Origin: the human T2T-CHM13v2.0 reference genome, Homo sapiens
Strand: one strand, 5' to 3'
DNA: 64,000 bases
Assembly (NCBI RefSeq): GCF_009914755.1
Contig: NC_060929.1
The notes beneath the pieces are model-generated. The model saw only the letters and a list, made by a program, of their open reading frames with translations. It ran no database searches and was not told the origin of the DNA. The translations under genes and the position numbers were made by a program. The stretch's first letter is position 1. Each line of letters opens with the position of its first letter. Shown here in pieces: positions 51,897-64,000 of the stretch.

Positions 51897-53949
51897 CCGA
51901 AGCCCCGTGACCATCCTCTGGGCATCCGCCCCATCCACCAGCCTTCCTGCAGGTCCTTGGGGCCCATCCCAGGCCTGTGCCCTGTGCCTCTGCTCATGTT
52001 CACCCTGACCCTAGAATTCCCCTGCCTGATCTCCCTGTCCTCGAAGCCCCAGAGCCCTTTATCTGGGCTCTCCTCTGGCATGTCGTACCTCATTTTAATG
52101 AGTCGTGTCTCTCTCTCCTACCAAAAGGTCACCTCTGATCATTTCTGCATTGCACACTTCTCTGACATGTGGCTGGCCCTCACAAAAGTATCTGTTGAGT
52201 GAATAACTACATGTGGATAAGTGAACAGATGGACAGATAGACAGATTCCCCAGGTGGCTCCAGTTCATCTGGATTAGGCAAGAAGGGCTGTGGGGAAGGA
52301 GGAGGGGAAGCCCCAGTGGGCAGCCCCCATGAAGACACCCACAGCCTCTGTGTTAGGTATGCGAGTGGGTACAGGGGTGTGTGCATGCTCTTGTGTAGAT
52401 AGGGGTCTGAAAATTATGCTGTGAAATCATCAAAGTGTGAGGCTGAGAGGTTGTCCTTTCTGAGCCATGGCCTGAGGCCCACGAAGCCTAAATGGACCCC
52501 AAGCTTGCCTGTAGGAGAGGAGCCCCAACACCCTAGCGTCAGGTCCTTGGACCAGACAATGCAGCTACCTCAGCCGCAGTGCCCGAAACACAGGGCGATT
52601 AGGAGGAATGAGTGGAGGGTAGGGGGAGGGCTTGGAAACCACCATGGCAACTGTGGGCACATCTTTTGTGTGGTGCTCCTCTTTGTCTCTGCCAGTGACT
52701 AGCAGGGATATTATATAAGCAGCAAATGTGCTCTCTGTTGGTGCTGAGCCCACACTGCTGGCAGGCCAAGGGCTGGGAGGCACCACATGAGAATCCTGCT
52801 GTTCCCATCTACCACCCTGAGGAAGGACTCGGTGGGGCTACAGCCAGGATCAACTCAGGCAACCCCGGGTGAAACACGGCCCTGCCCAATTCAGCGCCCA
52901 CTCTCCAGATGCAGCCTCTCCACCAGCCACACTGGGCAGCCACAGTATGGGATCAGCAGGTTCCTCCCCCTGCCCCAGACCATGCTGACCTCTTCCCAAT
53001 GACAAATATACACATTCATCCTCTCTGTCTTGGAAGCAATGGAAAAGACAGTCTCTACCCCACCTTCTCCATTTGCATGAATTTCCCAAGAAAACCCAAG
53101 ACACATCAACAGCTAATGAGGAGTGAAAACTGAAGCCCCACTTGCTAGAATCTCTTTATTTTTAAGAGGCTGAATTTATAAAGTCAATCTGAAATGGGCC
53201 CCTTCTGGTATGACAGAAAGCTCCATGTAGATGGCAGGCTTCAGCAGTCCCCTCTGCAGGCTCTGGCCCTCAGAGGCAGGGGAAAGTGAGGGCCCGTTGC
53301 CATGGCCCAAGGAAGGGTCACCACTTTCCCAACCTCACGTGAGACTATCCACCAGCATGGCCTGGCAAAATCAGCAAGGTGCCAGGACCCGTTGCAATTC
53401 TCAACAGATAATTTCCTGCTGGAGGGCACGTGCCCGCTGTACTCCCCCAGTGTCTGTCCCTGTCACCAGGGGAAGTACCCCCCAAAAAGATAGCTCCCAT
53501 AGATGAGGGCTTATCTCCAAGTCTTTATCCTCAATAGAACAGCTTTATTTCTACTTGGGTTCTAGCATTTTCTGGAGGGCAGATTCTTTTTTCCCAATTC
53601 AATTCCATGAGGATTTATTAAGCATCACTGTGAATGTGTGGCTTTCATAAAAGAAACCAGAGCAAGCTTCCTCTGACCCCTGACTATCAAAGTCAAAGCC
53701 ACAGGGAGGAAGCAACTACTTCATACCCTTACTTAACAACCCACACCCTGCTCGCGTCGAAAAATCATTCAGGCAGCAGCAAGCAGCACCCCCCAGAGAC
53801 AGGAGGAAAAGATCCAGAAGCCAGGGGCTGCCAGAAGCTTCCAGAGATGGCAGGAGAGCATCTGTACTGAGGGCTGAGCCTCACCAGACAGACTCCAGGG
53901 AAAGAAGGAAGGACAGACAGACAGGGACAGTCATTGTGGCAATGAAGAG

Positions 53950-54270
53950 TACAGTGTGAATCACAGACCTGAGTCCAAATCCCAACTCTGCCACTTATCA
54001 GCCAGGTGACCTTGGTGGGGTGGGTGGGGAGCACTGTCTCCGTCAGCCTCCATTTGCTCTTCTGTCAAACTTGATGGAGCCGTTGTGACTATTACATGCG
54101 ATAATGCATGATGATTACGTGCAATAATGTGTGACCATTACATGCGATAATGCGTGACCATTACATGCAATAATGCATGACTATTACAAGTGATAATGCG
54201 TGTAACGTGCTTGGCACAGCATCTGCAAAGATACAGGGCTCCATACATGGGAGATGCTTTCCCTGTTAGG
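53950..54270 (+). mobile_element. MIR containing a minisatellite expansion
   Basis: 'cagacctgagtccaaatcccaactctgccacttatcagccaggtgaccttgg', 'cgtgcttggcacagcatctg'. Confidence 0.75.
54086..54200. repeat. 23-bp minisatellite, 5 copies (TGACYATTACATGCRATAATGCR)
   Basis: Five consecutive 23-nt units read directly. Confidence 0.92.
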
Positions 54271-55138
54271 TAAGTGAGGAGATCTCAGGACCGTCCTAAA
54301 AGGCTCCTTGAGAATCTGGAGCTCTCAAGCGTCTCACAGCAATGGCCAAAGTCCCCTCTGGGCTGGAAGGGCTGACAGCTACAAAATACAACGAGACCTC
54401 GGGAGGCCGGGCAGTGGTTCTGTGAGACCTGGTGGGTTTCCCTCAAAGGAGACAGACCCACGGCTCTCAGGTACACCACCTTTGCTTTCTATTCAGAGAA
54501 GCAAATTTATTCCTGAAGCCACAGTATGAACTGCTCTGACCTGTCGCTTATAGGATGACAGTGACAAGCCAATGCCTTGAGGGACAGCATCTCAATACAG
54601 CCAGAAGGAGAGGCAGTCAATGGTGTCGTGGAGGTCAGGGCCCACTACAACCCAGGCCTCTGGACTCCAGCCCTCTCACCAGCCCCTCCTTTCTGAGGGC
54701 AGAGTATGACATTTAAAACAGCTAAGAGGAAGGAAGGTGCCCTCACCATAAGACTTGGTATGATGTCACTTAGGCTCACCAGTGTCCACACAGGGCCTGA
54801 GGAATCTGTGCTAGATTCCACTTGCTTCAGCCAGTCAGGCCATTTGGAGCTGGGAAGCCAGGAGGAAACAAAACTAGCCAGAATCAGCATCTGCCTAAAA
54901 ACCAGGCACTCCCCCTCTGCTATAAGGACCATTTGCATCAAAAACCACCCCGAGGAAACTCCACCTGCTCAGAAATGAGTACTTACTACACACCGAGAAC
55001 TGTGCTTACCTCAGCTAACCCTCACAACTGCTCTACGAGGTTGGTATTAGTGTTTTGATTTTATTCATAAAGAAATGGAGGCTCAGAAGAGTTAGGTACT
55101 TCCCCAGGGAGTAGTGCTAGTCTGTTTTCACTGTATAA

Positions 55139-55494
<356 letters not shown>

Positions 55495-55686
55495 TCATTC
55501 TTCCAGGTCTGCAGGTTGGCTACAATTTAGCTAATCTAGCCTGGGCTCGGTTGTACCAGACTCAACTCCAGACTTCTTGTCAGATTCACATTTGCCCGCG
55601 GTCTTCATTCAGGCCCCTGCTGCAGGATCAACAGCCAGGTGGGATGAGCTTCCTCAACCACACATCGAGTAGCATCAGAGAGCAAG

Positions 55687-56057
55687 CCACACCAAACCAC
55701 CACACCAAAACATCACACTGAACCACCACACTGAACCACCACACCAAACCATCACACCAAACCACCACACCAAACCATCACACAAAGTCACCACACCAAA
55801 CCACCACACCAAACCATCACACAAAGCCACCACACCAAACCATCACACCAAGCCACACACCAAACCACCACACCAAAACATCACACCAAAACATCACACC
55901 AGACCACCACACCAAACCATCACACCAAAGCACCACACCAAACCACCACACCAAACACCACACCAAACCATCAGACCAAAGCACCACACCAAACCATCAC
56001 ACCAAACACCACACCAAACCATCACACCAAGCCACCACACCAAACCACCACACCAAA
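55687..56057. repeat. ~13-bp minisatellite/VNTR (YCACACCAAACCA)n, about 28 copies
   Basis: Read directly; C/A-rich units with variant copies. Confidence 0.95.
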
Positions 56058-56569
56058 AGTTTCTGCTCACGACAGGTCTGCTCATCCTCCAACAGGCAAG
56101 GTGAGTGTGCCTGATGGGGCAGGTGCTCTGCCTATGCCAAGGGCACAGATGTATCACTGTATTCCAGGATGGAGTGCAGCCCCAGGAATGATACCCAAAC
56201 CTACTGCAAACAGCCCCCAAGGGGCAGAGCCAAAAGAGGTGAACCCAGGCAGCTCATTCTCATTACTGCTCTGCCATCCCAACCACCATGTGACCTCTCA
56301 GGGCCTCGGGTTTCTCATCCACTCAGGGGGTAACACATGACCTACCTCACTGGGCTTTCTAAGGCTTAAATGGAGTGTGAAGATGAGTCTTTGAAGGGAC
56401 CCAGGTATACATTTAGAAAGAAGTTATTCCCGGCCTTCATTTGGAAGTTCCATAGGACTCCAAATCTTCCATGCACAGATAATGTCGAATGACAAAAAGG
56501 CAGAACTGCCCCCACAGACTTGAGAAGGACGGGCCTCTCTCTGCTCATTCAGACGCAGGCGGAAAATTA

Positions 56570-57202
<633 letters not shown>

Positions 57203-60200
57203 TTAGTTCTTCCGCACACACCTTCTGATTGGTACCTTTTGATATTTCATTTTCAGATCAAAGTAGCAGCAAGGGGTCAAGCTTAGAAATTGTAGCAGGA
57301 ACACAAAAAGCATAGGGTTCCTTACAAAATGCACACAGTAGAACATGTTTGCGTGTTTTCCCCAATAAAACGCATGAGTGTGTGCCCCGTGCAAATGCCT
57401 GAGCTCATCCCACTCAGTTCCACAGAGAACAGCCAAGAGAACAGGTCCTGTGATAGCCCTGCCTGGGTTCAACTGATGCTGTGAGCATTCCATAAGGAAA
57501 CCTATGTAGAGCACATAGCTCATGTCCTGGCGCCCAGGAAATCCTCAGTAAACTCTACCACTGTCATGAATACCAATCTGCTCCCTTGACAGGCAGCCCC
57601 TGAAACCATCCCCCACCCCAGACTTCTCTCCAGCTTTTGTACAGATTCTGGGAAGCAGATATCCACATGTCCCTAAGGAACACATTTTAGTACTGAGCAC
57701 ACATCACTGCAATCTGATTTGAAGCATCGCTGTGTAAACATACGACCCTTTAATTCTATTTCAATTCAATTATGCAAATGTCATCACACATTCGGCATCA
57801 AACCATTTTTCTTTCCTCTCAAAATCTGTCCACCAATAGCCAACTGAACCTAGTATCAATCCTAGACTCAGAGTGAGCAGAGTCCCAGCATCTTAAGCTT
57901 AAGCTCTAGAGAAGGCTATGGCTCCTCGGCCTGAGCACAGGGCCAGACCAGCGGCAGGTGCTGGACAAATGAGCCAACAACCCTGGAACCTCAGAGCATT
58001 GGGGCAGGAGGTAGGACCAAGAATACCCCTCCAGGCCTGTTCACACTGTGCTCCATGGGGCCCCCGGAGTCCGGGGGCTTGGGGACATCTCTGTGTTGGG
58101 GAGCAAGAGGGGTGAGTGGGAACAGGCAGGAATACAGGGCCCATCCTCCATCATCCTTCAACACCACTTACCACTTGCCTGTTCTCTAGACTGGGGCTCC
58201 AGGGAAACCTTGGTTTGGAAGAAAGTATGCTTTTATAGATATAAAAGAAGTAGTTAATTAGCCTTATTCTAGAATCCTTCTTCTAGAAGTGGAGAACTGA
58301 GGACTGAGTTCCAGGGAAGGAAAGGAGTTAGGTAAAATCTTGGAGAGCCTGGGAGCCAGAGCTGAGAGCAGATTCCAGGGCAGGGCTGTTCGTACGCAGA
58401 GCCTGGCACTCACTGAAGAGGCAGGGCACTGGAGCTTCCTCCACAGGTGCCAGGCACACAGCTGCAAACAGGGCAGCACATACCCATCGCTCTCTCTTCT
58501 CCCTACATGGGGACAGAAGTGGAAGATGCTGTGGACAAGACACAGCACAATGCTGCCCCACCGTGATCTGTCTGCTCCCATGACAGGGAGGCCCTGTGGG
58601 CAGGAGAGCCGTGTCACCTACTGTGGGGAGCACAAGAGGCCTGCAAAGTCTTAATATGACCTGTCTTAGCTTATTAACTGGAGATGGATAATATCTGACA
58701 AATGACAGGAGATAAATTGTTAAGCAATATGCAAATATGCCTGCAGCAGGAATGGAAAATTACTATACAGTAAAAACCTTTTATGGCTGCGAGAGAATTC
58801 AGAGGTAATTTGTCTCTGCATCTCCTCAAATTCCAATCTCGCTGTTAGCTGTGGCAGAATACTACATCCGTTACCATTCCAATTAGATCATTTTAAAGGG
58901 GCTCCTGCATAGCCATCAACTTTGAAGGGCTGGGAGGAGAAAGCATTTACAAAGCCAGGGTCGGCTCCTCCCAGGGCTCTATCTCTCTGTGGACTGTCAC
59001 TTAGACAAGAGCCCAGATTAGACACCAGGACTGTCTCTGCCAAATGCATACCCATCTGGGCCATTAACGATCACTGCAGCAGGCCCAACTGACGGTTCTT
59101 TGCGAGACACTTCCGTAGAATGTCAGATAGGTTGTGCAAATGACCAGTCTGCCCTGGCTGAAGAGAGGGGCCAGCCAGGATGGAAAAGTCTTTGTACCTG
59201 AGGAAACTTCCAGAGAGGAAATGGAGCCATCTGTGAAAGGAGCACCTGCAAGAATGCCCAGGCTCAGCCTGCTGTAGAAACAGATAATGAGACGAGGCTC
59301 TGCAGGGTCCCAGGCAGGAAGAGAAGGCCAGGAACTCGCTGAGGGCACAAAAGTAGGCCCCTGAACTGCAAAGCCTAGTGAACCTCCAGAGAGGAAAGCC
59401 TCAGAGAGAGGAGGGGACTCCAGGGCCGAGCAAGGGATGCTGCTCCTGCCACTCCAGGACATGCAGCTAGCACAGGCGGCAAAGCTTGATTTTCATTTCG
59501 CTCAGGCCCCTTGATTTTCCATTGAGAGGCAATATAGGAGAAAACCTCTGAAGGAAAATTGGTGTGTTCAAAACACACTTGTGGATACCTGCTACTCACC
59601 ACACGGATGTGAGGCTGGGCTGTCCTAGGGGTGGGAGGGTGGAGGGACAGGGAACAGGGCTGGGGATAGGAAGAGGTTATCATCTCCACACCATCAGAGA
59701 CAAGATCTTGACTGGTAGCAGAGGGCCCTCTCTGGAGTTCTGCAAACAGCTGTCTATGTGATGGAGGAGGAAACTGGGAAATTCAGTCCCATAACTAATT
59801 TGTTTCAGCTTGTTTCCACTTTAGTATTTGATTATTTTGGCTAATTGTTCTAAGAAATTGTTTTAACAAACAGCTTCATGGAATTGACTGGCAATTGTGA
59901 GAAGCTGTGGGCACAGCCCTAGTGAAGGATCTAGAGCAATAAGCAGAGATCCAAGAGACCAACTTTATGGTTCCCATGTCTCCCTACAGGCCAAGGCTGG
60001 GGTCAGTGACCCAAGGGTTCAGGCCCCCAGGCAGAAAGCAGACCCACAAACATTCAGCTCAGATTGAACTAGGAAATGGAATGCCAGTCCTAAATCCTAC
60101 ATCCTCATCAAAGGGGCTCAAAGGCACCGGGTTGCCATTGTTCTTACAAGGTAAGAAGCACCCAGGTAACACCTGGATATGGCCAGGGGCATGTCTTGAT

Positions 60201-60634
60201 TCAAATTTACAGCAGCTCAAGGATTCTCTTCCTCTGTGAGGCTCCCCAGCCTGGGCATGATAAGATACTGTCAGCAGCGTGGGCTTCACTCCACCCCCTG
60301 GGGTGTACCCAATGCCTGTCATCACTACTTCAGGTGACTGCCTGAGGAAAAGGCCAGTTCTGCCAGCAGTAACCTCTGCTATTTTCAGGCATGGTGTCAG
60401 CTGGGTCACACACCAGATCCTAATGGCACACCCACTACTGCTCTAAGATGCGACACCAACAGAATCAAGGTTCATCTGTGATATGGAAACATGAAAACGC
60501 ATTTGCCTGTTCCCTGGGAATTATAACTGCAGGTGACAAGACATTTCTTCCATGGAGCTAAATGGCACAGGCATTTGGATACTGGCTAAGTGCCTGATGT
60601 CTGTGGTGGGATGTGAAAGTTAGTGGAATATATG

Positions 60635-60936
60635 TTTTTGTTGTTGTTGTTGTTTTGAGATGGAGTCTCGCTCTGTTGCCCAGGCTGGAGTGCAGTGGCA
60701 CAATCTCGGCTCACTACAACCTCTGCCTCCCAGGTTCAATAAATTCTCTGCCTCAGCCTCCCAAGTAGCTGGGATTACTGGTACCTGCCATCACGCCCGG
60801 CTAATTTTTTGTATTTTCAGTATAGAAGGGGTTTCACCATCTTGGCCAGGCTGGTCTTGAACTCCTGACCTGGTGATCCACCTGCCTCGGCCTCCCAAAG
60901 TGCTAGGATTACAGGTGTGAGCCATTTTGCCCAGCC
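60635..60936 (-). mobile_element. AluS (Sg/Sc-like), full length with (TTG)n tail
   Basis: Full dimer in reverse; TSD gaatatat(g/a)tttt. Confidence 0.95.
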
Positions 60937-61416
60937 AGAATATATATTTTACAGATTAATTCTAGCCATAGTCAGGGAAATGGCACAGAGGCTGCCTGCA
61001 GGCTCCACACACCTCCTTCTGGAATGGTGGGACCCTGGCTCTCCTCTGCTCTGGCGTCCACCAGGCCTCTGTGCAGGTTCCTGCTCACCTCTTGGCTCTG
61101 GGGCTGCCTCAGTTGGGTCATAAATCCTTCTCACAGGACCCCTGACAACCACAAGACCCAGGATCACCTTGTGCGTTCCTGTGATCCTGCAGGGATCTTC
61201 CTAGGGGATTCATCAGGGACAACCCAGCAGCCTAGGGGCATGGGACTTGGCAACAACAGAACCCCAGTACCTGCGTGAGCAGCATCTTCAAATCTCTCCA
61301 TCCCTGTGATGGGTCCTCTGAGTTCCCATCCAGAGCCCTTTCCCCTCTACTCATCCTCTCCCTCACATTATTCAGGATCCAAATCAAGTTGCTTCTTTTC
61401 CAGAAAGCCTCCTGCA

Positions 61417-61470
61417 ACACACACACACACGCGCGCACACACACACGCACACACACACACACACACACAC
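61417..61470. repeat. (AC)n/(GC)n alternating purine-pyrimidine microsatellite
   Basis: 54 bp of unbroken RY alternation including GCGCGC. Confidence 0.95.
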
Positions 61471-61699
61471 TGTGGCTCTAGCACTTCTCAGCTATTTGAA
61501 TCATGTGAATGGCAAGGAAACTTAAGAACCTTGTTTGCATTTCCTTTCTCCTCTGTGTTTGACCATCTCCCCAACTATGCTACAATACATGGGCTGAGTG
61601 CATCCCTGCAAATGCTCCCATAAAGTCTGTCAACAGTGTAGGTGTCCAATAGCACCGTAATAGGAAGGAGGTGAGCACAGAAATGGAATCAAGTCTATC

Positions 61700-61880
61700 C
61701 CTGTCCCTTGGTCTGTATGGTCTTGGATGCACTATTTAATCTCTCCAAACCCTATCTGTTAATTACGGGCAATAATACCTACTTAATAGGGTCATTGGAA
61801 CAACAAAACAAAATTCATATCAATTATTTAGCACACAGGGCCTAGTTCACAGTTGGCATTCAAAAAATGATACCTATCAT
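61700..61880 (+). mobile_element. MIR fragment
   Basis: 'tatttaatctctccaaacc..ggcaataatacctacttaatagggtcattg'. Confidence 0.55.
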
Positions 61881-63644
61881 TATGCTTTAGTTACTTGTAT
61901 ATCACCATTATGATCAATACTGGAAAATTGATGGATGATACCTCTTTTACCAAGCATGGTTAGCAAAAGGATGTTCTGGTTCATTAAACATCTTAGTTAA
62001 AAGAAAATTACCAGAGTTGCTTAACTAGAATTACCAATTTTTTCAAGGAGTAAAATAAAATACACTACAACTTAATAACTGATGAGACTGAAGGCATTTA
62101 AGACTCTTAGAAGGCTTTCAGTCATCATGGTGAATGCTGACCATCTTTTGTACTGGGAAATTTCATAAATGCCATGTGACAGACCTTTCCAACTGCTAGA
62201 AGGATGTTTCATCCACCCTTTACTGTGCAAATTACAGACTTGCATATTCATAAACACTCACAAGCATGTACTTCTGACCAGCCCACTTCCACGAGGCTCT
62301 TCCACCTCCAACCAACACAACAGAAACAGGATGGTTTCATCCCATCCCTCCCTCCTGCTATACCAGAGCCCTTGAATTTGGAAACCGTGCAATACTGCTC
62401 AGGGACAGGATGACATGGAGGAGGAGCGGTAAGGCAGTGCAGACGGGCCCCACCCAATAGCAGCTTCCATGATTCTCTGGCAGCTCATCATGTCTCCACT
62501 GGGCTCTCGGGAGGCCACAGCCCACACCCATGCAGATGGCGAGGTAAAGGCACTCTCTCACACTGCATCATCATGAGGTCATAAGCACAACGTTATTCCT
62601 TTTATCAGGGGCTAAGCATCCATGAGAATCTAAGGCTTGGGTGAGTTTCCCTCTTCTACAAAGAGGAGTGGTCAGAGGACCAAACTAGTGCCTGGCTAAG
62701 GAGCACTGGGCAGCTCCCTGACTCACCTCTTCCCTGCTGCTGCTCTCCCATTCCCTAACAATCCTGTGGCAGGATTTGTTTATATGATAGGTATGATTTC
62801 ATGGCCCCGTTCCTCCAGGATCCTGCCCACCAGCAGTTGCCAAGCTCCACGGCCTCTGGACGCTCCCCTCTCACTGATGTCTTGCCTATCACATGGTCTA
62901 GGAGGCTGATGAGGCCCACAAAATCCTCTGGAGCCTGCCAGCAGTGGCTGTTGACATTTCAAAAGGTCAATCAATCACTCCATTTCATGGAACATAATCA
63001 TCTTCTGGGACCTAAATGCAACAATAAAACCAAATAGCGCCAAACAATTGGGGAAAACGAATGATGCACATGAAGGAGGAAGGCTATAGCTGGCTTGGAA
63101 AGCATCCCTGTAGCCTGGGTCAGGAACAGGAGCCTGGAGCCCAGAGCTCTGCATCTGAATCCTACTCCTTCCATTAGCCCTGAGAAAGCCCTTTCCTTTT
63201 CTCAGCCTCAAGGATGAAGTGAATTGGCTTTGGGATGCTGTGCTCTGAGGACTAAACAAACCTTTCTTCAGAGGAGGAAGTATAGGAAGCTGGTAAAGTT
63301 TGTAAGGCCCCATAGGGTACCCTGTGGGGTGAGGGCCACCAGGCTAGAGCAGCTCTCCAGAGGCTGCAGCCATCCAGTTGGGTTGCAGAGAGGGCTCCTC
63401 TCATGCCTGCCTGGAGCCCTTTCTGCACAGTGCTTCCCTTAATTCCAGGCTTCAGGTGTTGCTTGAGGCCCGGGCACTGGGGAGGCTTCCTTGCATTTCA
63501 GGGCCCTCCCATCTGTACTCCCAGGAGGCATGTTTAATTACCAGGTTAGAAATTCGTCTATGGATTCCTTGAAAGCTGAGCATGTGTAACTCCAATGCTT
63601 GGAACAGAGCCTAGTACATGATATTGTCAGTAACTAGCTGTGGG

Positions 63645-63800
63645 GTAGAAAGAAAAGAGGGAAGGAGGGAAAGGGGGCAGGAAAGGGGAAGAGAAAGAGA
63701 AGGGGGAGGGAGGGGGCAAGGAACGAAGGAAGGAAGGGAGAGAGGGAGGGAGGGAGGGAGAGGTGGGGAGGGAAGGGGAGGGAAGAAAAGAGGGAGGGAC
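63645..63800. repeat. GA-rich polypurine low-complexity tract with G3+ runs
   Basis: Includes GGGAGGGAGGGAGGG at 63744-63758. Confidence 0.9.
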
Positions 63801-64000
63801 TCAGTTCATTAAAGACGTCCAGTTGCCTCCTTCTCTCTAGAATGAGGTGGCTTGCTTGTATTTGGCTCTGGCTACACAGCTTCCAAGGTAGGTTTCCTGG
63901 CAACGCCCTTTTCATCTCCTCCAGGACCCGCTGTGGGTGGGTCTCTGCCCTATTTTGTCATGGTTGAGGCTGCTATACTAGGGCTACTCCCCAGGTGGTC

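Noticed and set aside
55894-56220. W/G/V/C-rich repetitive ORF
   Set aside because: Reading frame through the 13-bp VNTR

Overview
Non-coding primate genomic DNA, most likely human or another catarrhine, judged from AluS/AluY, THE1, MST, LTR10 and MER4 elements. I see no credible protein-coding gene, structural RNA gene or CpG island. The ORF track is short chance ORFs plus translations of Alu, L1 ORF2 remnants and tandem repeats. Roughly half of the window is recognisable transposon debris (L1, L2, MIR, six full-length Alus plus a ~34-bp Alu remnant, and many MaLR/ERVL/ERV1 solo LTRs, often nested). Between these are AT-rich unique blocks dense in developmental TF motifs, consistent with a gene desert or large intron. 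The most unusual structures read directly from the sequence are: a ~140-160-bp-arm inverted duplication at 51.2-51.9 kb; a 29-bp-stem hairpin inside an MLT1 LTR with the LTR AATAAA in its loop (1461-1536); an ultra-truncated Alu with a perfect 12-bp TSD; an MST/MLT2 chimeric LTR; two minisatellites grown out of TE sequence; a tandem E-box with 6-bp spacing; and an LTR10 with intact promoter motifs and p53-like half-sites. Repeat subfamily names come from remembered consensus sequences, and old-repeat boundaries are approximate. I found no evidence of a novel multi-gene system.
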